A DNA stretch of 64,000 nt from Elsinoe ampelina. Lineage: Eukaryota. The stretch covers positions 233,917 to 297,916 of the forward strand of contig ML992511.1 in NCBI GenBank assembly GCA_010093995.1. Direction: 5' to 3'. Below the pieces are notes generated by a model. It had not been told where the DNA came from, made no database searches, and was given only the letters and a program-made list of their open reading frames with translations. Numbering within the stretch: position 1 is the first letter of the stretch; each line of letters starts with the position of its first letter. Position numbers and translations under genes: made by a program. Positions 12,033 to 25,526 of this stretch are shown here, piece by piece.

Positions 12033-13560
12033 TGACGAGCCTGTCCATCATCGACTTGTGACGAGTCAAAAGAGGCCTTTCGAAATAAGCAGCGATATGC
12101 TCTTGAGCCAATCTGTTGCTTTGCAGGTTGCAGTATGCTTTCGGCAGCCTACGGGATCTGTGCATGATCTAAACCGCGCGAGCACACGAGGCGCAGACAA
12201 GCAGGTTGGATAGACTTTGCGGCCCGCCACCACTATCTGCGCAATGCCAGATTTGCTTGAAGCTCCAAGATTGAGCTGTGATATGCTTCCAAGTGAGACA
12301 ATTACCATGGCACGGACTCGAAGATGGCTACCACCGGGGCTCAAAACATTATCTGATGTAACCTTTGCCTAGTGCTAGGCGCCCTATGTCGCGGGTCGGG
12401 AAAAGATCGGACTCGAGTGTCACGACTCAGGGTGATGGGAAATGCATGTCAGAAGGACGGCCTGGAGGCACGGAAGCGGAGGAACGGAGGCACGGAGGAT
12501 TTGGAGGCGTCTGTGCCTGACGCAAGGACGCGGGTTTGACATTAGGGGATCCACTTGTGTTTAGTGAGAACCATGGCCGTGAGTACGCGTATTTGGTGGT
12601 CTTTTGGTGGATTGAACAACTATTGTCCTCGCGTGGTGCATTTGCGACGAACGAGGTGGGGTCCTCCATGTTTAGATCCTACCACACTTGGCAGCCGGAC
12701 TTGCTGTCCGAGCGATGTGTGGCATCTATCCAGTTCATGACTTTGCTCAGTGGACCGCTGACCATTCATGGCGCTCGAGATCTTTGATGGTTGTCGACTT
12801 ATTCTGGACGCTGATACTGTGTAGGTACTACTTGAATCATGAATCAACTGTGAACCAGACAAGACCTACGAGGCCATCAGGGTAGAGGAAGCATCTGGAT
12901 TGGTATATAGCTCGTCTATCCTTTCAGCCAGACAGATACCTTGTCTGCAAAACTGGGAGACTGCATTCTCTCTGCTCCTTAACCTTCGAAGTGACTGCTG
13001 CCTTCTGTAGTCGAAGTAGATTCGTCTGTTCATGGCTCAGAGTAGTATCCGGAGAACATCATACCAACCCATCAGCGGGTGAGATGGATTATGAGTACTA
13101 CGCTGACCACTAGGCACGCGATGAGGGATGAATGTAAAAGCAGCCCTCAGCAACGAAGTTCTTCGACGTCGACGCCGACCTACCGACCCCGGAACAGTTC
13201 GCCAAGATGGGTTCTGGCGTCCGGATACTCCTCCACATTCAGCAAAACAGTTCGCAAAAACTCGGAAGACCACCCCGATTCTTGCTGTCCTTTCCCGATG
13301 TGATGGATGGTTCCACATCACGCAATTGGACCTGCTACACGAATCTGCGTTCAGAACGAGCAATGTCGGGGCCTTGGAAGCAACGATTACGATTGCCGGT
13401 GCGGGGTTCCAAGAGCTATGAGGGGAAACGTCAAGGGTTATGAATCGAGAGCATCGAGCTGGATATAACGACTACAGCCGCAGGTCCGGTGCATGAACAA
13501 TATCTTCAACACATCTTCCTACCAGCCCAGGCACCTTTCCACAGCACGTTTCCTACCACC

Positions 13561-14133
13561 ATGGCACCCTCCCTCCATCCCCTCGTCGACAACGGCCTGA
13601 CCCCAGGCTCCCCAACCTTCTCTGGGGGCAAGCTCAAGTGCCACTGTCCCAGCGACAAAGTCGAAGTCACCCTCTCCTCCAACGTCCTCCACAACCACGC
13701 CTGCGGCTGCAGCAAATGCTGGAAACCCTCCGGCGCACTCTTCTCCATCGTCGGCGTCGTTCCCGTCGACAAACTCGCCGTCACAGCCAACAGCAACAAA
13801 CTCACCGTCGTCGACCCATCAGCCGTCATACAGCGCAACGCCTGCAAGCAATGCGGCGTGCACCTCTTCGGGCGTATCGAGCAGGATCACGCGTTCAAGG
13901 GATTGGACTTTGTGCATGTTGAGTTGAGCGATGAGAAGGGCTGGCAGGAGCCCCAGTTTGCGGCTTTTGTGAGCAGTATCATTGAGCAAGGGTTTGATCC
14001 GGCGGGGATGGAGGAGGTGAGGAATCGATTCAAGGCGGTGGGATTGGAGGCGTATGATGCGTTGAGTCCGGCGTTGATGGATGCTATCGCAACGTTTACG
14101 GCGAAGAAGAGTGGGAAGCTGGCTAAGTTGTGA
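13561..14133 (+). CDS. gfa: Glutathione-dependent formaldehyde-activating enzyme (S-(hydroxymethyl)glutathione synthase)
   Basis: [47 protein letters not shown]. Ends in AKL. Confidence 0.95.
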   Translation: MAPSLHPLVDNGLTPGSPTFSGGKLKCHCPSDKVEVTLSSNVLHNHACGCSKCWKPSGALFSIVGVVPVDKLAVTANSNKLTVVDPSAVIQRNACKQCGVHLFGRIEQDHAFKGLDFVHVELSDEKGWQEPQFAAFVSSIIEQGFDPAGMEEVRNRFKAVGLEAYDALSPALMDAIATFTAKKSGKLAKL

Positions 14134-17100
14134 GGGTTACAACCATATAAGGAAAGTGAATAGTGAAGAGAGATGCGCGAGCATTAGTGTGCTGCCGCAG
14201 ACACAAGAAGATCACAGGTCGCTCCGCTCGCATGGACAACAAGATAGGCCCTTCGAATGCAGGTCAATACATGCATGCATCATGCTCTACAAGCTCTCAC
14301 GACTCAAAATTACTTCCAGAGCATGTCCATCTGCACAATCGGGCTACTTCCGTAAGGCATGCTGAAGGACGTCCAAACGAGAAACGGCTTCAATAATGAT
14401 TTTGAGTGTTCGTGTTCGGATGTCCGTCGCCGATATTACCAGTCTTCCATGCGAACGGCCCTGTATATTGATAGCTTAAATATGGTTCATCTCATAGAGT
14501 TCCGATGGGTTTACGGATCGTTGGAGGCATCGTCTTTGTGGACGGGTAAGGTTACGCTGCGCGCCCGTTCATGCAAGATTGCACAGTAGCTCCGATGAAG
14601 ACGATGTACCGTAGATGTTAAAAGTTAGAGTTGTTCTCGTAACTGGCAACGAAGGTCATGTCGGACAGGAGCACCAGAATTGGACTTCGTATGGGCTCGC
14701 CTCGCCCCGACCATTGAGCACCGTTGTATGAACGTCTTCGGCGACATCACGTTATTGTTATTCCCCCAGGCAATGAAGTTGACGGTGTGCGGATTGCCGC
14801 ATTATGAAAGGCCGGTTAATCCCTGGTAGTCTCACTGCCGTGTCTTGAAGCCTTTTGCAGGATCATGTCACAGGTCCAGGTCAAGCTTCGGGGGATCGAC
14901 GGTTGGTCCACGATTCTCAGGGCACCCGGACGTTCGCGGGCATCGAAACTTTGGCTATGGAACGCGCGTGTAGATCGGGCCAGCTTCGTAAGCCATGGCT
15001 TCCTGTGGCTGCATGCCGTGACCAAGGCTTGTGGAGCCTGTCAGGCCGCCGTGACCGTGCATTTCGGGGCTAGTGCCAGTCTGAAGTTGTGATGGAAGGG
15101 AAGGGGAAGGGGTTTCGCGTGGAGCGTAGCATCTTGGCATGTTGACTATTGAGCTCGTAGTATCGTTTCCAGCATACCGTAGCTGGTGGTTTGCAACCTT
15201 GCGGCTTGTGGGAAAATGTACAGTACCTGCGACCTGTAAGGCTATGGAACTATCGGAGGACAAGCCAGGCCAGTGCAAGGATGGAGAAAGATTTCATTTC
15301 TCCTTGCCTCGTGTCTTTAACCTGTTAGTGGGGCCTGTCTGGGCGATGTCGCAACTGCGTAAACGCCGCTCAATTTCGCTATCCACCAGGCTGCAAAACA
15401 ACAGATCACTTGCCCCGTGCCTAATCAAATTCACTATACATGAGCGACCAAGGTTCAATGCTACCAGTAGTCTAGAGATGCATCCATGCGTCAGGGTCCA
15501 AGCTGGTTTGTGCATGTCGCGTGCCGGCCTGGTACATGCTGTAGAATGTGAAGCCGAACTACGGATAGTTATCCAACGCACGGGTGTAGATAGTCTTTGG
15601 TTCAATCTTCCAGAACCAGACTTGACCGTGGCACAAAGAAGCCCAGACGAGTATCTTGGACCGACAGGACATATCTCGGCGAAAGCATGAGACATGCTGC
15701 CTTGTTTCGACAACTCCAGGACGGTCACGGCAGCCGGGAGCTGTTCAACAGCCATGGGCCAGACCGAACACGAAGCGACGGGACAGAGACAACTGACGTC
15801 GTAGCAAATAGACACAGCTGCAAGGTACGTACACGGTATGTACAGTACCGTAGTACCTGAATCATGCTAATCTCGCGCACCGAGATTCAGCATGTGATGA
15901 GAATCTGAGTGTGTGTGTATTTTGGCAAATGGACTGCCAGCGACTGGTCACTTCAAAGTGACGGCGACTTCCGCAAAAACTGTGGGGCAGACTTACTGCC
16001 CCCGCCCCTCGAGCGGACCTACCAGCCCTGGCCTGGCAATTGATCAGAGATGAAACAGCTGAGATGAGATGAAGATCTCATGGTCCCAACCGTTGATGGA
16101 TTTTCTCCACCCCACGGACGTTCCGACATGTAGGCCAGCCAGTCCTCACCTGTGTGTGAGCAGCATTACTGCAACGGGTGAGAATACGAATAATGTTGTT
16201 GGTCTCATCTTTGGCACGCGTCCAGCCCATGTCGGTCGCGCAGGGTCACGCTATGGGCGCTGGACCTGTTCGAGTGATCGCCATGGAACTAAGCTGAGTC
16301 GATGCGACGCATGGGGGCATTCCCGCAGATCTCGATCGAGGCCTTAGCGTCAACCCTAGTCGGTCAACCAGTGATGCTTCTTGGATGAGATGCAAGCATG
16401 ACTCGTCGGCGCATTTGACCGCTTTCCGCGAGCCAGACGATGGTTTGATGACTGAACGTTTTTTTGTCGTTGTGACAGCTTACACCTTTTCCGTACCGTA
16501 CCCTCGTCCCGTTCTTTCAGCGCCATGTGTTGTGAAGCATACCGAGCATCGGCCGTAGAGGCTCACTATTGCTGGTAGTTGGAATGTGGTACACTGTTTG
16601 AGTATACTCGGGCATGCCACACGACCAGCAATCAGGTGGTGGAATCGACAGGGACTTCTGCAACCTGTTCTGCATCCTCCTGTGTGCACATGCCGTCAAG
16701 GTGACGGCCATTTCTCAGGGTCTTGAAGCAACACTATTCGGTCACAGCACACGGGCGTTCCGGCGGAGGAGCAGGCAATGCGACGATCCGAGACGGCGTC
16801 AGAACAAAATCGCTTAGCGACAGATGCACAGCTGTCGGCGGATCAAGGATCTCACGCAACTCGGGCCTGCACGATCCATCTCTCGATGGATCGGCCACGC
16901 TAAACCGTTTCTGCGATATCCGGCCGCTCAAACTTTGAGTCTTTCTCTGGGAGAGCGGGTGTGCCACCACCGGCCAATCGTGCTAATCGTGAGCCCTCCC
17001 CGTTCGTTGTGCCTCTTGCGCCGTTCTGTCCAAGGTCAGTGCGTCTCGCCTCGATTGCTTGTACTTTTGTCCACCACACCTCCTTCTCTCCAAATATTTT

Positions 17101-17414
17101 CTGAGATAGGCTTACACTGAAAGACGACCGATCCGCCCAAAGCAACATATGGTGCAGATCCTTCGACATATCGACATCGCCTTTTGTCTCTGTTCCACTA
17201 CACCCTACCACATTCTCTCGTCGTGACTTCTCGACGGCTGGTCCGACATCGAATTCTCAGCGTCACTACCACCCCTCTTTTCCTCTGACCTGTCAGGTCT
17301 TCTCTCGACACAACTTGACCAACTCCCACTCGTTATTCGGGAGGATCAACGACGCAGCTGACATATCTGAATTCGCATTACGCTGCTTTACATATCCTCG
17401 AAACTTCTAGCGAA

Positions 17415-19032
17415 ATGGAGACTTCAAACGCGGCCAGGTTTGTACACCTCAGCCACGACGACCGACACTCCGCGACTAACACACCCAGACCTGCTCTGCC
17501 GCCTATTTCATTTCTCGACTCGGACAAGCTTCGACGCGAAGAGGTGGATTATCCGAAGCGCCATGGCGAGCTTCCACCTCCATCTGCTATCTCTTCGAAC
17601 GTTGTGAACGCGCCGTATCCACAAGGACCACCTCCGCCCTACAGCGCCGCAACACAACCTTCCTCTCTTACCCCATCTGCGACTCCACACTCACAAACAC
17701 CTGCACCAGACCTCATGTCGAAACGGGCGGATCTGAAGGACGCAGCCAAGCATTCTCTACCGTCTCTTCACGAAGCTCTCGGGGTTGAGAGAAATACGCC
17801 CTACTCCTCAGACGCACCTCACTCTACCACAACACAGACAGCTCACTCTACCACAACACAGACAGCTCACGCTACACCACAGACGCACTCTCCTCATTCA
17901 CCACGCAGATATCAAGTAGGGCCGTCTCCCCCACATCGTCCTCAATCCTTTGGACCAACCCACCCACCTTATTCGCAAGCCGAGCCTACTCCACCTCGTG
18001 CACCGGTCTCTGAACCACAAGAATTCCGCCGACCAGAATATGCCGAATCATACAGGACATACCAACATCGCTCGCCACAATCTGCCTCGAGTCACCGAGG
18101 CTCATATCCGGGCCCGGAGCCGGGAAGGTCGTACGAATCGTCACAAGGCCCTACTCCACCTTCATCACAATTCACTTATGGCTATACTCACACATCCGCT
18201 CCGTACACTTCTGCAGCTCCAGCTCCTGCTCCTGCCTCAGCTGCACCTATCTTCCATCCTTCAACCATCCCACACACTTCACCGGAAGCCTCTCACAGCT
18301 GGCGTTCTGGTCCACCAAGCATGCCACCATCGAGACCTCCCCCGCAAGCGTATAGCGAATCTGTGAAAAGGCATCTTGATTTATATGATTTCGAGATGGC
18401 TCTGAATGAAATTGCCGAGCACAGCACTATCATGCACGATTTCAGCAGACAATACGGAGCACGACTTCACCAAACGCAAAGAAGTGGTCCTACCGCTGGG
18501 ACGCTTCCTGCCATCACCGAGATCGATGACCTGATGAACAAGACTCGCCACACACTGGAGAGCTTGGGCAAACTCAGGGAAGGGCTAGTGGCTCATCAGA
18601 CTGCCTATTTCCAGCAAGCGCAGGAGAACCTGCGCCTTTCACAGGACGCGAAACGCAATGATTCGGTCCACCAGCACGATGACAGCAAGTCTGGAGGCTT
18701 TGCTGGAGCCGAGCCCAAGAAACGCAGAGGGGTACGTCTCGTCATTTTCTTCCATCTGACAGCGCTAACCACAAACAGCGAAATGCTGCTCCCGGCAGAT
18801 GCCACAGCTGTAACAGAGCCGAGACACCGGAGTGGAGGCGTGGTCCGGACGGTGCACGTACCCTCTGCAATGCATGCGGACTCCGTAAGTCAAATGCTTT
18901 CTCGTACGCTCGGGATCTCAGCTGACATCAACAACAGACTACGCCAAGTTGACCCGTAAAGCTGGAGCGAACAAAGCGGCAATCGGCAGCTCCAGTCTTC
19001 GACCAAAATCGAAGGAAGAAAACATGGATTGA
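17415..19032 (+). CDS. nsdD: GATA transcription factor, NsdD-like
   Basis: Introns 18732-18778 and 18885-18937 rebuild [33 protein letters not shown]. Also SLPSLHEAL and [10 protein letters not shown] motifs typical of NsdD. Confidence 0.88.
17820..17867 (+). repeat. In-frame 24-bp tandem duplication (HSTTTQTA x2) inside nsdD
   Basis: CACTCTACCACAACACAGACAGCT occurs twice in tandem. Confidence 0.85.
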
Positions 19033-20094
19033 TCGCCATCCCCTGCATTACCCGACTTCTTTGCACTTCTCGACACATTCACATCTCTCTTGATTTTTGA
19101 TTCGAAGATACCCGTCAGGCACATGGCTGCTTTTAGGCAGTGAAGCAGTATTGCAAATAAGCGACTGCGATAGCACATCAAGTGGGCCAGCTTCACGGCC
19201 AACCACTTGTGAAAGGAAACGATTTCATGACGCATGAATTTCTCACGGAGTATCATATACACGGACTATCAGGTCCGACGTGGCGGGAGTCATCAGACAT
19301 GGCCCGACCATTTACGATGGAATTCGGAGCTTCTTCTTGTTTGTCATTTGTCAAGACATTGGGCTGGAGTTGGATAGCCTGCAATGGAATATGCGAAAAA
19401 GCAATTTGGTAGTGGAGAATCATCGGTGGAAGGATGGAATGAATGATCCGCATCACCTTTTCATACCGTCTTCGTACTTGTCGTGCACTCTCTCATCGCT
19501 AGCGCGCATGTTAAAATGCCTTGGTGTAGTTGCTTCCACGGTCTGACCACGACGCTACAGTCTCGCCAACGCCTGTCAGGAACAGCGCAGACTTGGGACC
19601 GCGCGAGATGGCTGCGGCCTGAGCCGAACGGATCCCAAAAATTGCATCATTGCTCACGCGAAAAAATTCCGCTTTGGTGCGGGCCCGGCTCGAATTTGTA
19701 AGCTCCAAGGAACGTGGGCCCGAAAGTGAATCCAGCGATCACTGATGGACGGGGAGGGGAGTGAGCTAATAATTCATCGTCTGTTGACGCGACTTCGGCC
19801 GCTGCTTCGAAAAGTTCATGTTTCGCACCACAAACTCCTCCGATCCAACAGCATCCCTAGGAGGCATTGGGTGACCAGAGTCGACTTACCTCGAGTCCGC
19901 AGCGCATCCGACGACATGAGGGGTATCTCGACTTAACAGCAGACGTTCGTCATGCAAACGGACTAGGATTTGAAAACGACTTTCTCTTCACCTGAGCAGA
20001 TCACCTCGCTGGACTTGCTCAACTCAACGCTCGAGTCCGCTCGCAAGCATCACTTGTCCACGGATAATCGCAGATGCGGTAGAAGAGCGCAGCA

Positions 20095-22329
20095 ATGGGT
20101 CTTCTGTAGGCGTCCGCGCTCGATTGTACCCCACATTCGACTGACTGTTGCACAAACAGAGCCATCGGAACCCCGCTAGCCTGGCCAGAGGCCGCAAAGG
20201 TCGCCGACCACGTCCGCCAATGGGGAATAGAACAACTTCTTGCGATTTGGAACAGAGCAAAAGGCAAAGAGCGGGATGCACTACTGTGGGGTGACGAGGT
20301 GACAAAACACATTACCCGGATGATGGGATGAAGCTTACAGGCATGCCGCAGATCGAGTACCTGGTCGTTTGCTACGACGACCAAAACCGACTCGTACGAC
20401 TCTCGCTCCGGCAGGGAGACATCCTCAAAGCTTTGGCCAGAAATGAGGACTTGCTCAAACAAGGCGGAGGAGTGCCAGATCTGCAGCGAGGAAAGGTCAA
20501 GTATGCCACATATCTACCGATGACATGCAGGGACTGTGCCTGACGTGACACAGGAACGGCACATCCGCCCCTGTCTTCCACCCCGAGTTTGGACGCTTCA
20601 TGCTCGAAGCTACTCCCGGCAAACCGTGGGGAATTGGCTTCAAGGATCTTCTACAAGTTGAGGCTGACATGAAGTGGAGGTAAGGTCGCTACCCATGTCA
20701 ACAGTGGTCCGGAGACTGACAGACCCCCGCAGGAGGGAGATTGCAAAAGACCACATGGAGAAGACGGAATATCCTATCACATTGACAACGTTCCCACGCC
20801 TCGGAGCAAAGAAGAATTCTCTCGTTCCGGAGTATCCACTATCCGGGGAGAGACTGCGGTCCCAATTCCTGCCAGACGAGATCGCCAACCCTCACATCCG
20901 ATTTCCGACACTTGCTGCCAATATCCGGTCACGTCGAGGACGAAAGGTCCAGGTCAACGTTCCCGTCTATAGAGACACAAAGACCGACTGGCCTTGGAAA
21001 GATCCTACCGTGGACTACGACTTGCACAATTGGCCAGAAGATGACGATGTACGTAATGGAGCCGCCAAAGACAACTTTATTCACATGGATGCCATGGCCT
21101 TTGGCATGGGTAGCTGCTGCCTGCAGATCACGTTCCAGGCTAAGAATATCGAGGAAGGTCGGAAGATGTATGACCAGTTGAGCCCGCTAGGGCCTATACT
21201 ACTCGCACTCACGGCAGCGACGCCCATCTACAAGGGTTTCCTTGCAGACACGGATGTGAGATGGAATCAAATCAGCAATGCTGTGGATGATCGTACCCCT
21301 GAGGAGCTGGGCGAGAAGCCACTCAAGACAGCACGATGGCAGATCCCGAAGTCTCGTTATGCGTCGAACTCGACGTATATCTCACAGGATTCGCGATTAC
21401 GTCCAGAGTACCACGACCCCGATCTTGTCGTGGATGAGCAATTAAAGGCAAGACTGGTCGAGGGTGGCATGGACGACCTTCTCGCCACGCACTTTGCCCA
21501 CCTGTTTATTCGTGATCCCATTGTTGTCTTCAACGAGGATCTCAAGGAGCTTGATCTGGACAAAGTCGATCACTTTGAGAACCTGCAGTCAACAAATTGG
21601 CAGCACATGCGGTTCAAGCCGCCCCCACCTGGTAACGATACCGGCTGGCGTGTGGAGGTAAGACCTATGGAGATTCAGATCACAGACTTTGAAAATGCTG
21701 CCTTCTCTGTCTTCGTGGTTCTCATAACAAGAGCGATCCTTAGCTTCGACCTCAACTTCTACTTACCGATACCGCGGACGACTGAGAACATGGAGACTGC
21801 GCATGCTAAGGATGCGGTGCTGGAACGAAAATTCTACTTCCGCAAGAACCCATTCTCGACGAGACCACCACGCTCGAACGCATCCTCCGGGACGTCTACC
21901 CCGGTAACTGGGAGCCGACCAGCCAGTCGCCCCGGATCGCCACCAGTCATGCCAGTAGACGACGAATACGAGCTCATGACTGTTGACGAGATCATCAATG
22001 GCCAAGCGAAACCCAATGGCTTCCCAGGCTTGATTCCACTGGTAGAGAGCTATTTGAACAGCATGAACATCGACGTTGAAACGCGATGCGAGCTAGCACG
22101 GTATTTGCGCCTGATCCGAAGGCGAGCTGACGGTTCGCTATGGACGGCGGCGAAGTGGCTGCGCCATTTCGTAGACAACCACCCAGAGTACAAGCATGAC
22201 AGCGTCGTGAGCGAGGGTATCACGTTCGACCTGGTCAAAGCTGCTCAGCAAATGACAGAGCACGAGGGAAGTGATGGTCTCGGCGCAGAAATGTTGGGGA
22301 CTAGTATCAAGAATGGTACAGAAGTGTGA
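20095..22329 (+). CDS. GSH1: Glutamate-cysteine ligase catalytic subunit (gamma-glutamylcysteine synthetase)
   Basis: Multi-exon 5' end (MGLL|AIGTP..LLWGDE, FHPEFGRFMLEATPGKPW). MDAMAFGMGSCCLQITFQ, HFENLQSTNWQ, GWRVE. Confidence 0.96.
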
Positions 22330-22362
22330 TGAGTCCCAGGCAGCAAATAGCTCCTTGTGCAA

Positions 22363-23438
22363 CTACACAAGACTTTTCTGCTGGCTCAGTAAGGCATCTG
22401 CAGCATAGTCGACGTGTTCACGTGCAAAGGTGGACATGAAATAATAGCTGTGTGTGTGACCAGCATGCTTCCTGCTTCTGATTTTCCCCTCCACGCCCGT
22501 TGCCTTGACTGCCGCAGCGAAGTTGTCCAACAGCAGCTGGCCTTGTCTGTCAAAATGGTCTTCAGAGCCTGCTGGACTTTAGTACTCGTGGTCGTTGGAA
22601 GAAGTCTTTCGCCACCCACAAGGTCGATCAACAAGTCCAAGCTTCCTCTTCCAGCTTTTGACCAGTTCTGTTGAATCGTGCTCCTTCCACTTGTCCTTGG
22701 CTTCTTCTCCAAAGAAATGGGCAAAAAGCCTTCTTGCCTCAGGGAGAGCAGGAAGGATTGGCGATCGGGGCAAATGCCGAGCAAGAGCGATACTTTCCCG
22801 GAGTTCTTGAGGTACTAAGGTATACACTTGATGTCAGCGTCACCGAGAGCAAAGGTGCATGCAGCAAGCCACGAGGTCAGGTATGGTTTCGCACCAACAT
22901 CATCGCTTCGTGTCCTCCGACGCACATGCCCGTGAGACTGAGCCGTGTGAGATCGAGCTGCGGGAGACCCCTTGGAGAGGACGGCGGGTAGCTCTTCCGT
23001 GAGGCACGTGTACATTCTATAGCCTTTGTTCCATGGATTCTCTGGTCGCATCCACATAGTAGCTGGCTCCTGTTCCCAGATCGATTTCGTCGTCCTCTCC
23101 GGGCACCATTCAGCCCTCCTGGAGGTGACTCTGGTCAGCCTTGCGAGCGGAGATGGAACGGGGAAAGCTTACTTGGACTCGTGCCAGGGTATACCACTGC
23201 AGTTTTAGGCTGGCTGGCCGGCCCTGCACTGGAAGAATCCTTTCTCCGAGTAATTGTCAGGGGTGCATGTCAGCCCGGAGAGGAACATGAGTACGGGTAT
23301 GCTGGAGACGGCAGGTGCTACCCCTGACGGTAAGTACACGTTGACTGCCATATCGCAGGCAACCACTTGTGAAGAATGAGAGCATTTCAGCATCTCGCCA
23401 TCGAAGGAAGCGATCCTCCCATTGATGACAAGGCTCAT
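22363..23438 (-). pseudogene. S-formylglutathione hydrolase (esterase D) pseudogene
   Basis: Fragments FLSGLTCT..EKGFFQ, AVVYPGTSP, YYVDAT, EELP, SAFAPIANP and HSYYFMSTF lie in shifting frames. Several frameshifts, a TGG>TGA stop, and the nucleophile motif GHSMGG reads GMCVGG. Confidence 0.85.
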
Positions 23439-23569
23439 GATTGATGTTTCGTTCGTGACAGAGAGCGAGACTGAAAACACAATCGATCTCTTGGATGAGG
23501 AATGGTCCGGATATTTCGACCATAGACACTTTTGGTCGAACAGCAGGACAGTGGGCCGGGCTCCTTTAT

Positions 23570-24350
23570 CCCAAACCCGTGCGCATGCTACAGGCAAGCT
23601 GTCCCTACCTCGTCCCAGCCCTTCCAGTCGTCAATCATCCGCTCGCGGGAGATTGGGACGAGCCAGGAAGTCTCGTTCCAGCGAGTAAAGTCACTCACAT
23701 GACAAGCCGTCATGTTCATGAAGCTGCCACCCTCCACGGGATAGTGTATGATGTAGCCTCCATAGCCGCATTCCAAAGTCATGGTAGTCGCTCTCTCATG
23801 GCCAAGCTCTTGTAATCGCGACATCGATAGGGAAGAGGTGACGATACGCGTACTGTCCCGCGTATTCTGGGTCGAAGTCCTTACCAAATACAAATTCTCG
23901 CGTCCTGCTCTTGATGCCGTCACAGCTTACCACCACGTCGGCGGACTCTCGCAAGTGTCATCGTCAACGTGCAAGGTCAAGGCAGCATCGGCCGAATCAT
24001 TCTCCGTTATGCGGGAAATCCTCCTGTTGAAAGACGCGCTCTTCTCCGGGAGTAGATCAATCATTCTCTTCGATAGCTTGGCGCGGTGCACGTATTCGCT
24101 CTGACCGTGATCGTATTGTTGCAAGAAGTCGGTTCCCGTCGTATCCTCGGCCGAGCATCCATGAAGTGGTCTCATCCCATTTCGATACGTTAGCCACTTG
24201 CCGGGGGAGGGTTGAAGGTGGCATCTTCGCGGACACCGGCCAAAAGAGTTAAATGGATCAAGCCGAGCGCTGATATGGCATTGTTGCCAAACACGATCCC
24301 GGCGCCGACTTCGGAGAAGCATTCGGCAGCTTCAACTCCTGCACGTGCCA
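23570..24350 (-). pseudogene. FAD-dependent monooxygenase (salicylate hydroxylase-like) relic
   Basis: Frameshifted fragments EAAECFSEVGAGI, VHRAKL, ADVVVSCDGIKSRTR, YAYR and IIHYPV. The N-terminal GxGxxG and the C-terminal half were not found. Confidence 0.75.
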
Positions 24351-24410
24351 TAGAGCAACCCAAAGCCGACCCCGGTGCGTAGCAACCCCGGCCCTGTTTT
24401 ACAGCTGGCC

Positions 24411-24830
24411 CTAGTGCGGCTGTTGACATGGGGTCAAGGGGCGGCCTTAGGCCGCCCTAACCCCGCCCCAACGGTCACACTACTCTATCATACCTTCTTT
24501 GGAACAGTATAGACTATTATACTAAGTTTTACAGCTTTAAACGACGAATGAGGAGAGTTATAGGCGATTTAGCATACTATCTTTTACCTAGTAGTGCTAG
24601 CTAACTAATTTAGACAGAACGCTAAGTCTAATAGAGAACCTAAAAATCTCGGTAGGGCTTTAATGTAACTAGGGCTTTGGCGTAGTATGCTAGCCCACCT
24701 GTTAGTTACCGAAGACATTTTAGTAGTGCCCGCTATCTATACCCTAAGAGAGCCCTATAGACAGGGCTACTAAAAAAGGGGCCTCCACTAGAGCGTACCT
24801 CTCTAACTCTGTGAAGATATTCCGAGGGGG
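24411..24830. repeat. AT/TpA-rich degenerate repeat relic (probable RIP-mutated transposon end)
   Basis: Abrupt TpA-rich, CpA/TpG-poor patch that starts next to a perfect GGGCGGCC-TTA-GGCCGCCC hairpin and abuts the truncated monooxygenase. Confidence 0.55.
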
Positions 24831-25526
24831 AGACTGAACGTCATATTTTCCGGAAGGTGAAAAAGTCACGTGGCCTGCAATGGGGGTCCCCCTGCAAAGC
24901 CCCACCTTACATGCAGACAACATAGCTTCCCCACATGGAGGTGCTGGAAGTGATGACTTGCAACAAGCGTCCCTTGGTCCTAGGGCTCTACTCCTTGTGA
25001 CTGCTGGAGCGAGACACTTGTAATTACTATTGTGGGTCGACAGTCATACGTGTGATTGACCGCATACAAGACCTGACACCGAGAGGCCTCGTGATTGGAC
25101 GCGCTCCATTGCAGTCGAAGATGAGAAATTCGCAGATAACGAAGACTACTACGGTCCAGAAACGTCAGTGACTAGGGCTCTTTCACGAATACTGGCACCC
25201 AAATGGTGCTGGAGGTTGCCGAGTGTGCAGAGAGGGGTGCGACATCAAGCAAAGCCCTGCGAGGCCGAATCTTGCTGGTCGACTGCGTGATGCAGACAGC
25301 CAATCTTATCATGATCGTGGTGGGTAGCACGTGCTTCGGATCGGTCTTGTCTATAACCCCTGAAACGCAGATGGATGGTCAAGGTCGATATGTCACCCCT
25401 CCTTGACATCGCTAATGATGGGCACCCAAGCACCTTCGTGCCGGGGTCAAAGCTTTACATTTCCTTTGAAAGTTGGCTCCTGATAGTCTCTCAACTCTCA
25501 AGCACAACTTTCTCGTCCTTGAAAGG

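Noticed and set aside
15824..15858. GTAC-rich imperfect palindrome upstream of nsdD
   Set aside because: Short low-complexity hairpin with no further support.
24411..24457. Helitron 3' end (hairpin plus CTAG on the minus strand)
   Set aside because: The hairpin-to-CTAG spacing of about 25 nt is long, the next base is not T, and no matching 5' TC end was identified.
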